Source: Alphaproteobacteria bacterium (lineage in GTDB: Bacteria > Pseudomonadota > Alphaproteobacteria > JAAXGF01). From it: a stretch of DNA of 64,000 bases. This document shows, piece after piece, positions 10,871 through 21,174 of the stretch. The DNA is taken from positions 1,184,001 through 1,248,000 of the forward strand of contig CAUVXB020000001.1 of NCBI GenBank assembly GCA_963555825.3, in the 5' to 3' direction. The notes under the pieces were generated by a model. The model had not been told where the DNA came from. It saw only the letters and a program-made list of their open reading frames with translations, and ran no database searches. Numbering within the stretch: position 1 is the first letter of the stretch; each line of letters begins with the position of its first letter. The position numbers and the translations under genes are program-made.

Positions 10871-11902
10871 CTAGGCGGCCGTATCGAGCAGGCGCGCGGC
10901 GGGCTCGCCGGTGAGGTACCAGCTCAGGCAGCGCACGGCGCCGCCCATGATGGCGACCGATGATGCATCGATCGGCACCAGCGGCTTGGGTGCCAGCTCG
11001 CGAAACGCGGCAAGCGCCGCCTCGTCGGCCGGCACGTCGTAGACCGGCATGTAGAAGCCGCGCTCGATGGTCAGCGCGTTGACGTAAATGCCCGTGGCAT
11101 CGGGCCAGCCGCGCCACTGGCGGTCGGTCGGCGCGTACGGCACCTCGACCGGCTCGACGCCGGGCAGGTCGCGCGCAAGCGCGCCAAGCACCTCGGAGCG
11201 CAGCGGTTCGTCGAACGCCGAGACCGCCAAGAGATCGCGGCGCAGCCAGGTGACCATGCCATCGGCGTGGCCGGTGATATCGCCCGGCACCCGCGGCACC
11301 ACGGCGAGGCGATCGAGCCCGAGGTTGCGCTGGAGGATATTCCGCAGCTCATGCGGCTCGAATTCGGGGTTGTCGACGTAGAGCTGTTCGCTGGTCACCG
11401 CCTGGCCCATGCCGTCGTAGACCAGGTTGCCGCCGTCGAGCTTGACGAGCAGCCGGGTGGTCTCGATGCCGGTCTCGCGCAGCCACAGCATGAACCAGTC
11501 CTCGATCCAGCCGCTGGCGGCCGGCGAGATGTAGTTGGGCCTGTACAGGAACTTGACCAGACGATCGCCCGCCTGGATCGGCGCGACGTCGACCAGCCAG
11601 ATGTCGCCGACCTCGGTCGCGAGCACGCGGCTGGCCGGCACGCGGTCGCCCAGCTCGTCGCGGGTCCATTTGTCGGCCATCAGCAGGACCGGCTCGCGAT
11701 CGCCGACCGCACGCACGAAGCCGACGTCGAAGTCAAGGATCTCGCGGCGCAGTTCCTGGTAGAAACTGTCCGCCGCGCCGGGCGCGGCGAGCAGGATAAC
11801 GCTCGGCTCGCGGGCCTGCGCCGTCCGGCTGGCCAGCGCGCCCGCGACCGGCAGCGCGGCCGCGGCTTCCAGGAATCTCCGCCGCGTGACCATGGCGCTC
11901 AC
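10871..11902 (-). CDS. Agmatine/peptidylarginine deiminase family protein with twin-arginine signal
   Basis: TRRRFL Tat motif; DGGN, GHADG and GGAVRC motifs. Confidence 0.82.
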   Translation of the reverse strand: MSAMVTRRRFLEAAAALPVAGALASRTAQAREPSVILLAAPGAADSFYQELRREILDFDVGFVRAVGDREPVLLMADKWTRDELGDRVPASRVLATEVGDIWLVDVAPIQAGDRLVKFLYRPNYISPAASGWIEDWFMLWLRETGIETTRLLVKLDGGNLVYDGMGQAVTSEQLYVDNPEFEPHELRNILQRNLGLDRLAVVPRVPGDITGHADGMVTWLRRDLLAVSAFDEPLRSEVLGALARDLPGVEPVEVPYAPTDRQWRGWPDATGIYVNALTIERGFYMPVYDVPADEAALAAFRELAPKPLVPIDASSVAIMGGAVRCLSWYLTGEPAARLLDTAA

Positions 11903-12213
11903 TTGATCGGCGAAAACGACGTCGGCGCCAGGATCTTGTTTTCCTGCGCGGTCAGCATGCCGGCGGATTTTCGCTTGTATTCGTCCCAGGCCGGATCGGC
12001 GTCTCGCGCGGCGCGGCGCGCGTCCATGTCGGCCAGGTTCTCGAACCGCCAGAGGTGAACGACCTGATTGAGCGGCCCGAGGGTCGTCCGGAAATAGCCG
12101 ACCAGATCGCCCAGGTGCCGAAGCTGCACGGGCAGGCCTTCGCGTTCGAACAGCGCGAGATATTCCTTATCGCGCCCGTGCGCCATCGTGTAGGTGCGGT
12201 GGTCGATGATCAT
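11899..12213 (-). CDS. NIPSNAP family protein
   Basis: DHRTY, GPLNQVVHLW and PTSFSP motifs. Confidence 0.9.
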   Translation of the reverse strand: MIIDHRTYTMAHGRDKEYLALFEREGLPVQLRHLGDLVGYFRTTLGPLNQVVHLWRFENLADMDARRAARDADPAWDEYKRKSAGMLTAQENKILAPTSFSPIK

Positions 12214-12266
12214 GGCAGCCCTCCGGACAAGGAGAAACGTTGTCGGCACTATCTGCTACGCCGGGC

Positions 12267-13250
12267 CTACAGATCAAATGCCATGTCCGCGGCGTGCAGC
12301 GCCTGGTCGACCCGGCGGCAGACGTTGAGCGTGTCCCTGGCGGCCTCTGCCGTCGCGACACCGGATATCGGCAGGTCCTCGACGGCGCGGCGAAACGCCT
12401 CGATCATGGCGGCGTTGGGATCGACCGGATCGGTCTCGACCGCCGTCCGTTCGCCGCCCGGCCCGACGGTCTCGAAGCGCCATTCGACCGGCGCGTTCTC
12501 GGGCAGGCTGACGTCGAGCTCGACCACGCCGTCCCGGCAGATTGCGCGCAGCGTCGTCGTGAAGCTGGCGCCGCGCGGCATCAGCGCGCTTGCTTCGGCC
12601 GCGATCACGACATCGCCATAGCGCAGCGCGACCTGGACGTGATCAAAGGCGCCGCCGGTTTTGTGGCCGTGACCCCGGATGTCGTCGGGCTGGCCGAACA
12701 TCCAATTGAAGACGTCGATGTCGAACGGGAGCAGCTCCTTGACAACGTCGCCGTGGTGACCCGACGCGAGCGTCTCGCCCTCGCGCCAGTAGGGCGGCGA
12801 ATACCGCGCGCTCGACACCGCGACGACGTCGCCCAGCTCGCCCGAGGCGACGATCTCGCGGAACCGCGCGACGGTCGCGACGAAGCGCAGGATCTGGCCG
12901 GCCATCAGGACGCGGCCGGCGCGTTGCGCCGCCGCGATCATCGCGTCGGCCTCGGCGACCGTGAGCGCGATCGGCACCTCGGTAAAGACATGCTTGCCGG
13001 CGTCGAACGCAGCCAGCGCATAGGCGTGATGCTGCGCCGTCGGGCAGGCCAGGACGACGGCATCGATAGCGGGGTCTTGGATCAATTCGTCGGGACTGTC
13101 GATCGGTCGCGCGCCGAATTCGCCTGCCACCGCCTCGACATTGGCCGCGGTGCGGCCCGCCACGGTGGCCAACTCGACACCGTCGACGGCTGCCACTGCG
13201 GCCGCATGGATTCGCGCCTGGACGCCCGCCCCGATGATGCCGATGTGCAT
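12267..13250 (-). CDS. Gfo/Idh/MocA family oxidoreductase
   Basis: IGIIGAG Rossmann motif, AGKHVFTEVP. Confidence 0.88.
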   Translation of the reverse strand: MHIGIIGAGVQARIHAAAVAAVDGVELATVAGRTAANVEAVAGEFGARPIDSPDELIQDPAIDAVVLACPTAQHHAYALAAFDAGKHVFTEVPIALTVAEADAMIAAAQRAGRVLMAGQILRFVATVARFREIVASGELGDVVAVSSARYSPPYWREGETLASGHHGDVVKELLPFDIDVFNWMFGQPDDIRGHGHKTGGAFDHVQVALRYGDVVIAAEASALMPRGASFTTTLRAICRDGVVELDVSLPENAPVEWRFETVGPGGERTAVETDPVDPNAAMIEAFRRAVEDLPISGVATAEAARDTLNVCRRVDQALHAADMAFDL

Positions 13251-13254
13251 GGCG

Positions 13255-15918
13255 TTAGGGCTGGGCCGTCTTCTCGAGCCGGCCGAGGGCCGCGACGATG
13301 CGTGCGCGCGTGGCCTCGGTTTCGGCGCGGCGCTCGCGCTGCTCCTCGACGACGTGGACGGGCGCCCGGCTGGTGAACGCCGCGTTGCCGAGCTTCTTGT
13401 CGATGCCGGCGATCTCACCCTCGAGCTTCGAGACATGCTGGTGCAGCCGCGCGACCTCGTTGGCGACATCGATGACGTCGGCCAGCGGCAACACGAAGCT
13501 GGCCTCGTCGACGACGAGCTGCACCGCGCCTTCAGGCAGCGCGCCGTCGAGCGGCGTGATCGTCTCGATGCGGGCGAGCCGCCGAATCGGCTCGGCGTGC
13601 GCCGCGAGGCGCACCACCGTCACATCGCTCGCGCCGTCGTGCAGCAGCGTGACCTTGGCCCCGGCCGGCACGTTAAGCTCGGCGCGCGCCGAGCGGATCT
13701 CGGTGATCAGGCGCACGACCCAGCCGATCTCGGCCTCGGCGTCGGCATCGACGGCGTCGGCGGCGTAAGACGGCCACGGCGTCTCGATGAGCTGGCCGGC
13801 GCGCGCGCCGTCGCCGAAGTGGCCCCACAGCTCTTCGGTGACGAAGGGCGCGATCGGGTGCAGCAGAATGAGGATCTGGTCGAGAGCCCAGGCGGCGGTC
13901 GCCCGCGTCTCGTCCTTGGCCGGGCCGTCGGGGCCACCCAGTATCGGCTTGGCGAGCTCGAGGTACCAGTCGCAGAAGCTGCCCCAGGTGAAGCGGTAGA
14001 TGGCGCCGGCCGCCTCGTTGAACTTATAGGTCTCGATCGCCTCGTCGATCACGCTGGCGGTCTTGGCGACCTCGCCGACGATCCAGCGGTTGAGCTGGAC
14101 ATCGCTGGTCGCGGGATCGAAGCCCGCGACCGGTTTGCAGCCGTTGATCTCGCAAAAGCGCGCCGCGTTCCACAACTTTGTGATGAAGTTGCGGTAGCCC
14201 TCGATGCGTTGCTCGGAGAGCTTGATGTCGCGCCCCTGCGCGGCCATCGCCGCCAAGGTCAGGCGCATGGCGTCACAGCCGAATTTGTCGATCAGGTCCA
14301 AGGGGTCGAGGATGTTGCCCTTGGACTTCGACATCTTCTGGCCCTTTTCGTCGCGCACCAGGGCGTGGATGTAGACCGTGTGGAACGGGATCTCGTCCAT
14401 GTAGTGCAGCCCCATCATCATCATGCGCGCGACCCAGAAGAAGATGATGTCGAAGCCGGTGACCAGCACGTCGGTCGGGTAGAAGCGATCGAGCTCGGTC
14501 GTCTCGTCGGGCCAGCCCAAGGTCGAGAACGGCCACAGCGCCGAGGAGAACCAGGTGTCGAGCACGTCCGGGTCGCGCTCGAGCGCGACCGCTTTGCCGT
14601 AATGCGCGTCGGCCGCGGCCTGCGCTTCGTCCTCGCTCCGCTCGACGAAGATGTGACCGTCGGGGCCGTACCAGGCCGGGATCTGATGGCCCCACCAAAG
14701 CTGGCGCGAGATGCACCAGGGCTGGATGTTGCGCATCCACTCGAAGTAGGTGTTCTCCCACTGCTTGGGCACGAAGCGCGTGCGGCCGTCCTCGACCGCC
14801 GCGATCGCCGGGCCGGCGAGCGTCGCCGCGTCGGCGAACCACTGGTCGGTCAGCCAGGGCTCGATCGCAACGCCCGAGCGGTCGCCGTAGGGCACCGTGT
14901 GCTCATGCGGCTCGATCCGGTCCAACAGCCCCTTCTCTTCCATCTCGGCGACGATGCGCTCGCGCGCCGCGTAGCGATCGAGCCCCTGGAAGCGTTCCGG
15001 AACGTTCTCGTTGAGCGCGGCATTGAGGTCGAAGATGTTGATCATCTCGAGATCGTGGCGCCGGCCGACCTCGAAATCGTTGAAGTCGTGCGCCGGCGTG
15101 ATCTTGACCGCGCCCGAGCCCTGTTCGGGATCGGCGAGGTGATCGCCGACGATAATCAGCCGGCGTCCGGTCGACGGCTGGATGCAGTATTTGCCGATCA
15201 GATCGGCGAACCGCTCGTCCTCGGGATGGACCGCGACGGCGGTATCGCCCAGCATCGTCTCGGGCCGTGTCGTTGCGACGGTTATGTATTTGTTATCAAC
15301 ATCTTCCACAGGATACTTAAAGTACCACAGCGAGCCTTTCAAGGGGCGCTGCTCGATCTCGAGATCGGAGATTGCGGTGTGCAGCTTGCAGTCCCAGTTG
15401 ACCAGCCGCTTGGCGCGGTAGATCAGGCCCTTCTTGTGGAGATCGACGAACACCTTGAGCACCGCCTCCGACAGGCCCTCGTCCATGGTGAAGCGCTCGC
15501 GCGACCAATCCGCCGAGGCGCCCAGGCGGCGTAGCTGCCGGCTGATCGTGGTGCCCGATTCCTCGCGCCATTTCCAGGTCCGCTCGATGAACGCGGCGCG
15601 GCCCAGGTCGTAGCGGGTCTTGCCCTCTTCGGCGAGCTGGCGCTCGAGCACCATATGGGTCGCGATGCTGGCGTGATCGGTGCCGGGCTGCCACAGCACG
15701 TCGAAGCCGCGCATGCGGTGCCAGCGGATCAGGATGTCCTGCAGCGTGTTGTTGAGCGCATGGCCCATGTGCAGGCTGCCGGTGATATTGGGCGGCGGGA
15801 TGACGATGCAATAGGTTTCGGCGTCGGGCCGGCGGCCACAGGCGAACGCGCCGGCGTCTTCCCACGCGGCGTAATGACGAGCCTCGGTCTCGTGGTGCCG
15901 ATAGATCTTTTCGAGCAT
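13255..15918 (-). CDS. valS: Valine--tRNA ligase
   Basis: PPPNITGSLHMGH, WCISRQLWWGH and KMSKS motifs; C-terminal coiled coil. Confidence 0.98.
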   Translation of the reverse strand: MLEKIYRHHETEARHYAAWEDAGAFACGRRPDAETYCIVIPPPNITGSLHMGHALNNTLQDILIRWHRMRGFDVLWQPGTDHASIATHMVLERQLAEEGKTRYDLGRAAFIERTWKWREESGTTISRQLRRLGASADWSRERFTMDEGLSEAVLKVFVDLHKKGLIYRAKRLVNWDCKLHTAISDLEIEQRPLKGSLWYFKYPVEDVDNKYITVATTRPETMLGDTAVAVHPEDERFADLIGKYCIQPSTGRRLIIVGDHLADPEQGSGAVKITPAHDFNDFEVGRRHDLEMINIFDLNAALNENVPERFQGLDRYAARERIVAEMEEKGLLDRIEPHEHTVPYGDRSGVAIEPWLTDQWFADAATLAGPAIAAVEDGRTRFVPKQWENTYFEWMRNIQPWCISRQLWWGHQIPAWYGPDGHIFVERSEDEAQAAADAHYGKAVALERDPDVLDTWFSSALWPFSTLGWPDETTELDRFYPTDVLVTGFDIIFFWVARMMMMGLHYMDEIPFHTVYIHALVRDEKGQKMSKSKGNILDPLDLIDKFGCDAMRLTLAAMAAQGRDIKLSEQRIEGYRNFITKLWNAARFCEINGCKPVAGFDPATSDVQLNRWIVGEVAKTASVIDEAIETYKFNEAAGAIYRFTWGSFCDWYLELAKPILGGPDGPAKDETRATAAWALDQILILLHPIAPFVTEELWGHFGDGARAGQLIETPWPSYAADAVDADAEAEIGWVVRLITEIRSARAELNVPAGAKVTLLHDGASDVTVVRLAAHAEPIRRLARIETITPLDGALPEGAVQLVVDEASFVLPLADVIDVANEVARLHQHVSKLEGEIAGIDKKLGNAAFTSRAPVHVVEEQRERRAETEATRARIVAALGRLEKTAQP

Positions 15919-15973
15919 CACCTAGCCTTGTCTTTGGCTTGTCTTTGGTTGATGGCGGCGGGCGCCCGAGCGG

Positions 15974-16513
15974 TCAATCGGGTTCGGCGCGCCGTACCAG
16001 ACGACGGATTTCCTTCTCCACCAGCTTTTCGACGAGAACCGGCAGGTTGGTGTCGAGCCAATCGCGCAGCATCGGCTTGAGGCTCTCCATCACCATGTCC
16101 TCGATCGTCCGCCCCTGGTCGCCGATCGCCGGCGATTCCAGCTTCGGCTCGGCCGCCTCGGCCGCGCGGTTGAGCTCGGAAAGCGCCTTGACCGAAGCGT
16201 TGGCGGCGTCGCCACCGACCAGCGGACCCTCATCGGCCGGCGGGGATTCCTTGGGTTTGTCTGCGCCCGTCACTTTGGGCGTCGCCTTGTCGTCGTCGGG
16301 TTGCACGGGTTCCTCGCTGATATCGACTGTCGTCCCGTCTTCGCGGACCATCTGGGTGAGTTCGAGCACTTCGCCGTCGGCATCGCTGTCGCCGCCATCG
16401 GCCTGCTTCTCGGTTTCGGGCGCCACGGGCTCGTTGTCCTCTGAAATTATACGCCGTATGGAACTCAGAATCTCCTCCATCGACGGGTCTTGCTGGGTCT
16501 TGTCGTCGCTCAT
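15974..16513 (-). CDS. popZ: Polar organizing protein PopZ (DUF2497)
   Basis: PSMEEILSSIRRIISED N-terminus, acidic linker, LKPMLRDWLDTNLP...VEKEIRR C-terminus; synteny. Confidence 0.92.
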   Translation of the reverse strand: MSDDKTQQDPSMEEILSSIRRIISEDNEPVAPETEKQADGGDSDADGEVLELTQMVREDGTTVDISEEPVQPDDDKATPKVTGADKPKESPPADEGPLVGGDAANASVKALSELNRAAEAAEPKLESPAIGDQGRTIEDMVMESLKPMLRDWLDTNLPVLVEKLVEKEIRRLVRRAEPD

Positions 16514-16595
16514 AATCGTCTCATTCCGCCAGATAAGGAGCCACACTAAGACAAACGGTGAACGATTGCCAGCACTCCATCGGCCGACCGCGCCG

Positions 16596-16861
16596 AATGG
16601 ATAGAATTCAACATATGGCGCCCATACGATCCCATATCCCGGTTTCTCGGCAGGCGAGCGCCCGCCGGCGATGCCTTTGCATCGGCAAGGGTGTTCGACG
16701 CCCCGAGAAGCCGGGATATGGGACCCGAAGGGCGGCGTCCCAAGGCCGCCGGACGCGTTGCCCGATGCTTGTGATGCTCCAGCATCACCGCACATCGCGC
16801 GCCTTTCCGGACGACCTTGGGACGCCGTCGTATGGCTGCCCTATGTTGGGTTCTATCCATT
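16596..16861. repeat. Highly palindromic RIME/MITE-like element (~265 bp)
   Basis: Outer IR 16596-16629/16828-16861; inner hairpins 16630-16650/16703-16723 and 16731-16745/16815-16829. Confidence 0.8.
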
Positions 16862-18227
16862 AATCGTTTGGCATCGTGCCCCAGAGCTGGTTGCGCACCG
16901 CGTCATAGTGCAGCGACGGGTCGTAGATTTGCACGGGCAGGCCAAGCGATTGCGCGGTCAGACGCCCGATCGCCGCGCGCAGGCCAAACACCGCGACGAC
17001 CTCGTCGCGACGTGCCCGCACCAAGTCGACTTTGACGTCGAACAGCTCCTGCTCGGCATCGAGCACGTCGAGCGTCGTGCGTGAGCCGACCTCGGCCTCC
17101 TGCTCCACGCCCTCGAGCGCGATCTCGGCGGCGCGCACCGATTCGCTGTACGCCACAATTCTGGCGCGTGAGGTACGCAGCGCCTCCCACCACTGGGTGA
17201 CGTTCTCGAGCACCGCACGCCGGCTTTCCTCGACCTCGACGCGGCGCTGCGAGACACGCTCGCGCGCCTCGCGAACCTTGGAATAGACCGAGCCCGACTG
17301 ATAGAGCGGCACGGTCACGCGCGCCAGAATCTTAGCCTGCTCGTTGACGCTGCCCCTGCTCGCCTGGTCGTCGGCGCGGCTCAGCTCGGCATCGACGTTG
17401 ACCTCGGGCAGGAGACCGCCGGTGACGACGTCGACCTCCTCTTGCGCGGCCCGTTCGGCTTCGGCGGCGCGCCGGATCGACGGGTGCTCGGCGATCGCGA
17501 TATTGCGCGCGTCGGCCTCGGCGGCCGGCAAGCCACCGACCAGGGGCGGCGGCGCAAGCCGGACCGGCATCGCGCCGATGACGTTCTGGAACGCGGCGCG
17601 GGCGACGATCAGGTTGCCTTGGACGCTGATCCGGTCGGCGGCCGCATTGGAGAGCCGCGATTCGGCCTGGGCAACGTCGGTGCGCGTCACCTCGCCGACC
17701 TCGAAGCGGTCCCGCGCCGCCTCGAGTTGGCGCTCCAGGCGCGCCTCGTTGTTAAGCGCGAGGTCAAGTACCGCGCGGCCGCGCATGACGTCCATATAGG
17801 CGGTGACGGCGTCGAGAAATACCTGCTGTTCGATCTCGGCGAGGCGCGCACGGTCGGCCAGCACGAGATGCTCGGCCTGCGCCGTCGAGGCGACCGTCCG
17901 GCCGCCCCGGTAGACCGGCTGGGTGAGCGTAAGCGAATAGGTTTCGGGCGTCCGCGTCTCGTCGGAGGTGAAGAAGCCCGACGACGAATCGACGCTGTTC
18001 TTGCCGATCGATGCCGACGCCGACAAGACCGGTCGCCACCCCGAGACGGCCTGGGAGACGCCCTCGTCCGTCGCCCGCAACGCGGCCCGCTGCGCGAGCA
18101 GCGTCGGGTTGCCCTGATAGGCGGCGACGAGCGCCTGCTCCATCGTCTGGGCAGTCGCCTCCGGCGCCGGAAGGACGAGCAGCAGGCAGCCGAAAACGCC
18201 GGCGATCAATCTGGAAGTACGGGGCAT
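16860..18227 (-). CDS. tolC: TolC family outer membrane protein
   Basis: AYQGNPTLLAQRA, RFEVGEVTRTDVAQAESRL and GSRTTLDVLDAEQEL motifs. Confidence 0.93.
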   Translation of the reverse strand: MPRTSRLIAGVFGCLLLVLPAPEATAQTMEQALVAAYQGNPTLLAQRAALRATDEGVSQAVSGWRPVLSASASIGKNSVDSSSGFFTSDETRTPETYSLTLTQPVYRGGRTVASTAQAEHLVLADRARLAEIEQQVFLDAVTAYMDVMRGRAVLDLALNNEARLERQLEAARDRFEVGEVTRTDVAQAESRLSNAAADRISVQGNLIVARAAFQNVIGAMPVRLAPPPLVGGLPAAEADARNIAIAEHPSIRRAAEAERAAQEEVDVVTGGLLPEVNVDAELSRADDQASRGSVNEQAKILARVTVPLYQSGSVYSKVREARERVSQRRVEVEESRRAVLENVTQWWEALRTSRARIVAYSESVRAAEIALEGVEQEAEVGSRTTLDVLDAEQELFDVKVDLVRARRDEVVAVFGLRAAIGRLTAQSLGLPVQIYDPSLHYDAVRNQLWGTMPND

Positions 18228-18245
18228 GATTACGTGCCGCGTCGG

Positions 18246-18902
18246 CTAAAAGACGAAACCATGCTCGGCCGCGAAGCCGGGCAGGATCGGCACGGCGGCG
18301 TCGAACAACTGGCGCCGCGACAGCCCGCCGCGCAACCGGTGGATTACTTCGATGTTGCCGACCGTCGGCGCGACGTTGACGACGGCGACCAGGCGACCGC
18401 CCTCGACCAACTGGTCGGCGATCGCGTCGGGCACCGCGTCGACCGAGCCACCGAGCACAATCACGTCGTAGGGCGCCTGGCGCGGATAGCCTTCGTCGAG
18501 CGGCCCTTCGACGACGGCGGCGTTGTCGACGTCGAGTTCGGTGAGCGCCTCGATCGCCTGCTCGGCGAGGGCGGCGTCGCTTTCCAGCGCAACCACCGTG
18601 CCGGCCAGCTTGCCCAGTACCGCGGCCGAATAGCCGGTGCCGCAGCCGATATCGAGCACCACGTCGCCGGGCCCGATCGCGGCCGCCTGCAGCAGGCGCG
18701 CGAAAACCACCGGCTCCATCAGATAGCGCCCGTCGCCCAACGCGAGATCTTGGTCGACGTAGGCGTTTCCTTGCAGCCGCTTGGGCACGAAGCGTTCGCG
18801 CGGCACCTCGGCGATGGCCGCGAGCAGGCGTTCGTCGGTCACCCTGTTCGGGCGAATCTGGTTTTCGACCATGTTGAGCCGGGCGGTGGCGTAATTGGGC
18901 AT
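18246..18902 (-). CDS. pcm: Protein-L-isoaspartate O-methyltransferase
   Basis: ARLNMVENQIR, VPRERFVP, VLDIGCGTGYS and APYDVI motifs. Confidence 0.92.
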   Translation of the reverse strand: MPNYATARLNMVENQIRPNRVTDERLLAAIAEVPRERFVPKRLQGNAYVDQDLALGDGRYLMEPVVFARLLQAAAIGPGDVVLDIGCGTGYSAAVLGKLAGTVVALESDAALAEQAIEALTELDVDNAAVVEGPLDEGYPRQAPYDVIVLGGSVDAVPDAIADQLVEGGRLVAVVNVAPTVGNIEVIHRLRGGLSRRQLFDAAVPILPGFAAEHGFVF

Positions 18903-19027
18903 TCTCGACCGTCGGGTTGGCGTGTCTTGGTGGGACGCCGGAAAACTTCGGAACCCCGCCGATATATACGTTGCCCCGCGACGGATGACAACGACGGAGG
19001 CGATCGGCCGACATCGAGAGACGCCGC

Positions 19028-19056
19028 TTGACCCGCCCGATCCGGCAATCCTATAT
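19028..19056 (+). promoter_or_regulatory. Putative sigma70 promoter of tRNA-Cys
   Basis: TTGACC-N17-CTATAT upstream of the tRNA. Confidence 0.55.
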
Positions 19057-19106
19057 ACGCCGGTCAACCCGCGGCGGCGCGCGCGACGCGTCGCCGCCGG
19101 TTCGGC

Positions 19107-19180
19107 GGCCCGGTGGCTGAGTGGCTAAGCAGCGGACTGCAAATCCGTGCACGCCGGTTCGATTCCGGCCCGGGCCTCCA
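19107..19180 (+). tRNA. tRNA-Cys (GCA)
   Basis: GGCCCGG/CCGGGCC acceptor stem, anticodon loop CTGCAAA, GGTTCGATTCC T arm, encoded CCA. Confidence 0.97.
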
Positions 19181-19210
19181 TTCCACCGCAACACCGGTTC
19201 GCCACTTTCG

Positions 19211-20158
19211 ATGTCACGCCAGGCGACAAAGACGCGATCGGAAACGTCGGTCAAGTTGATCGCGGCCGGCGACATCGCGAACCTGTTCGGCATCGCCGTC
19301 CTTGGCGCGATCTCGTGGATTCTGCCCGAGCAGCGCTGGTTGGGCTTCTGCCGCGCGGTCGGACGCTTCAACCTGCCGATGATGACGTCGGACACCGAGG
19401 CGACACTGGACGCGATCGGCGCGGCGCTCGGTGAGCGCGACATCGGCGCGACGCCTGCGGCGATCGCCGAGCAGGCCGCGGCCGAGGAACTGCTCGGCAC
19501 GCTTCAGCTGTTGCGCGATTACCGTCCCGGCGGCTGGCGGTCCGAGACGCGCGTCGAGGGCGCCGAACACATCGATACCGCGTTGGCCCAAGGCCACGGC
19601 GCAATCCTGTGGGTCGGCCAGTTCGTCCACGGCAAGCTCGGCGCCAAGGTCGCGTTGCACCGCGCCGGCTACGCCGTCAGCCATCTGAGCCACCTGCGCC
19701 ACGGCTTCTCGCCGACGCGTTTCGGTCGCCACGTGCTGAATGCCGTGCGCCGCGCGGTCGAGGACCGCTATCTCGGCGAGCGCGTGCTGCTCTCGGATCA
19801 GGGCGCGGGCCCCGCGCTGGCGGTGCTCAAGCGACGGCTCGCGGAGAACTGCGTGGTGTCGATCACCGTCGGCGCGCAGGCGGCCCGACCGGTGACGGCG
19901 CCGTTCCTGGCGGGCGAAATCGACGTCGCACCGGGCGCGCCGGTGCTCGCCCATGAGACATGCGCCGCGCTGCTCCCGGTCTTTCCGCTGCGCGAGGCAT
20001 CGGGCCTTATCACGGCAGCCGTCGGCCCGCCGATTGTCATCGATGAATCCACCGATCGCGCGTCCGCCGTTGCGAAGGCCGTACACGACTACGCAACCCA
20101 GCTTGAATCCGTGGTTTCCGGCAACCCTGGCCAGTGGCTCGGTTGGTTCGACCTGTGA
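19211..20158 (+). CDS. Lysophospholipid acyltransferase family protein (LpxL/HtrB-like)
   Basis: VEGAEHIDTALAQGHGAIL, FLAGEIDVAPGAPVLA and NPGQWLGW segments. Confidence 0.7.
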   Translation: MSRQATKTRSETSVKLIAAGDIANLFGIAVLGAISWILPEQRWLGFCRAVGRFNLPMMTSDTEATLDAIGAALGERDIGATPAAIAEQAAAEELLGTLQLLRDYRPGGWRSETRVEGAEHIDTALAQGHGAILWVGQFVHGKLGAKVALHRAGYAVSHLSHLRHGFSPTRFGRHVLNAVRRAVEDRYLGERVLLSDQGAGPALAVLKRRLAENCVVSITVGAQAARPVTAPFLAGEIDVAPGAPVLAHETCAALLPVFPLREASGLITAAVGPPIVIDESTDRASAVAKAVHDYATQLESVVSGNPGQWLGWFDL

Positions 20159-20162
20159 TCGT

Positions 20163-21155
20163 TCAACCGGCGTCGTCGGCCGCGGCGCGCTTGCGCCAGA
20201 AGGCGCGGCCCTCGATGTGCTGCCAGGCGAGCATGCCGGGCACGCTGACGATCAGCTCGCGGGCGCGGCTCGCCAGCGAGACGGCGAGCGCGAAGTCGGG
20301 CGGCATCCCGATCACCGCGCCGAGGATGACGTAAGCGCCTTCCTGCACGCCGAAGCCGTTCGGCACAAAGAAGGCGACACCGCGCAGCGAGCCGATCAGG
20401 CTCTTCAGCATGAGCGCTTCCCAGAGCGTCAGCGGGTGGCCCATGAAATAGGCGGCGAGCCAGATCTCGCCGACCAGCGCGATGCGCGAGCCGAGTCGGA
20501 TGAGCGACGACAGCTCGATCCGGCCGCGCCGGCGGTAGATTGCGCGGATGACCTCGTCGACCTCGACCGTATTGTTGACGGCGGCGTTCATCAACGGCGA
20601 GGTGAACCGGGTGGCGGCCGATTTGGCGAGCGAGCCGAGCGCGCCGGCCCGCTGCAGCACGACGAAAATCGCGACGCCCGCGCCGAGCAGCGCCGAGCCG
20701 GCGGCGACGCCGATGACCAGCGCATCGTCGGCCTTGAGCGAGACCAGCAGCGCGACACCGATGAAGCCCATCGCGACCAGCGAGATCGCCTGCACGGTGG
20801 TGTCGACGACGACCGACGCCGAGGCGTCGGCGCCGCGCACGCCGGAATGGGTCAGCACGCGCGCCTTGATGACCTCGCCGCCGAGCGTCGTCACCGGCAC
20901 CACGGTGGTCACCGCGCCGCCGATCCAGGCCGCGTTGAGCATGGCCGGGAAGCCGGGCTCGCGGCCGGCGACGAACAGCATGCGCCACGAAATCACTAGA
21001 ATGATCAAATACGACAGATAAACCAGCGGCAGCAGCAGCACGCCGACGCCCAGCTCGCCGAGCGCGGCGGCCACCGGGCCGACGCCCTGCCACGCGACGA
21101 GCCCGGTGATGCCGGCCAAGCCGAGCAGGAAACCGATGTAGGAAAGTGTCTTCAT
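20163..21155 (-). CDS. Lysylphosphatidylglycerol synthase TM-domain protein (HpnL-like flippase)
   Basis: Multi-TM; GGEVIKARVL, FFVPNGFGVQEG and ALAVSLASRARE motifs. Confidence 0.8.
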   Translation of the reverse strand: MKTLSYIGFLLGLAGITGLVAWQGVGPVAAALGELGVGVLLLPLVYLSYLIILVISWRMLFVAGREPGFPAMLNAAWIGGAVTTVVPVTTLGGEVIKARVLTHSGVRGADASASVVVDTTVQAISLVAMGFIGVALLVSLKADDALVIGVAAGSALLGAGVAIFVVLQRAGALGSLAKSAATRFTSPLMNAAVNNTVEVDEVIRAIYRRRGRIELSSLIRLGSRIALVGEIWLAAYFMGHPLTLWEALMLKSLIGSLRGVAFFVPNGFGVQEGAYVILGAVIGMPPDFALAVSLASRARELIVSVPGMLAWQHIEGRAFWRKRAAADDAG

Positions 21156-21174
21156 CGAAATTCCCGGCGGCTGT

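Noticed and set aside
19107-19180. tRNA-Cys as an island integration site
   Set aside because: No duplicated tRNA 3' end or integrase seen in the window; downstream genes have backbone-like composition
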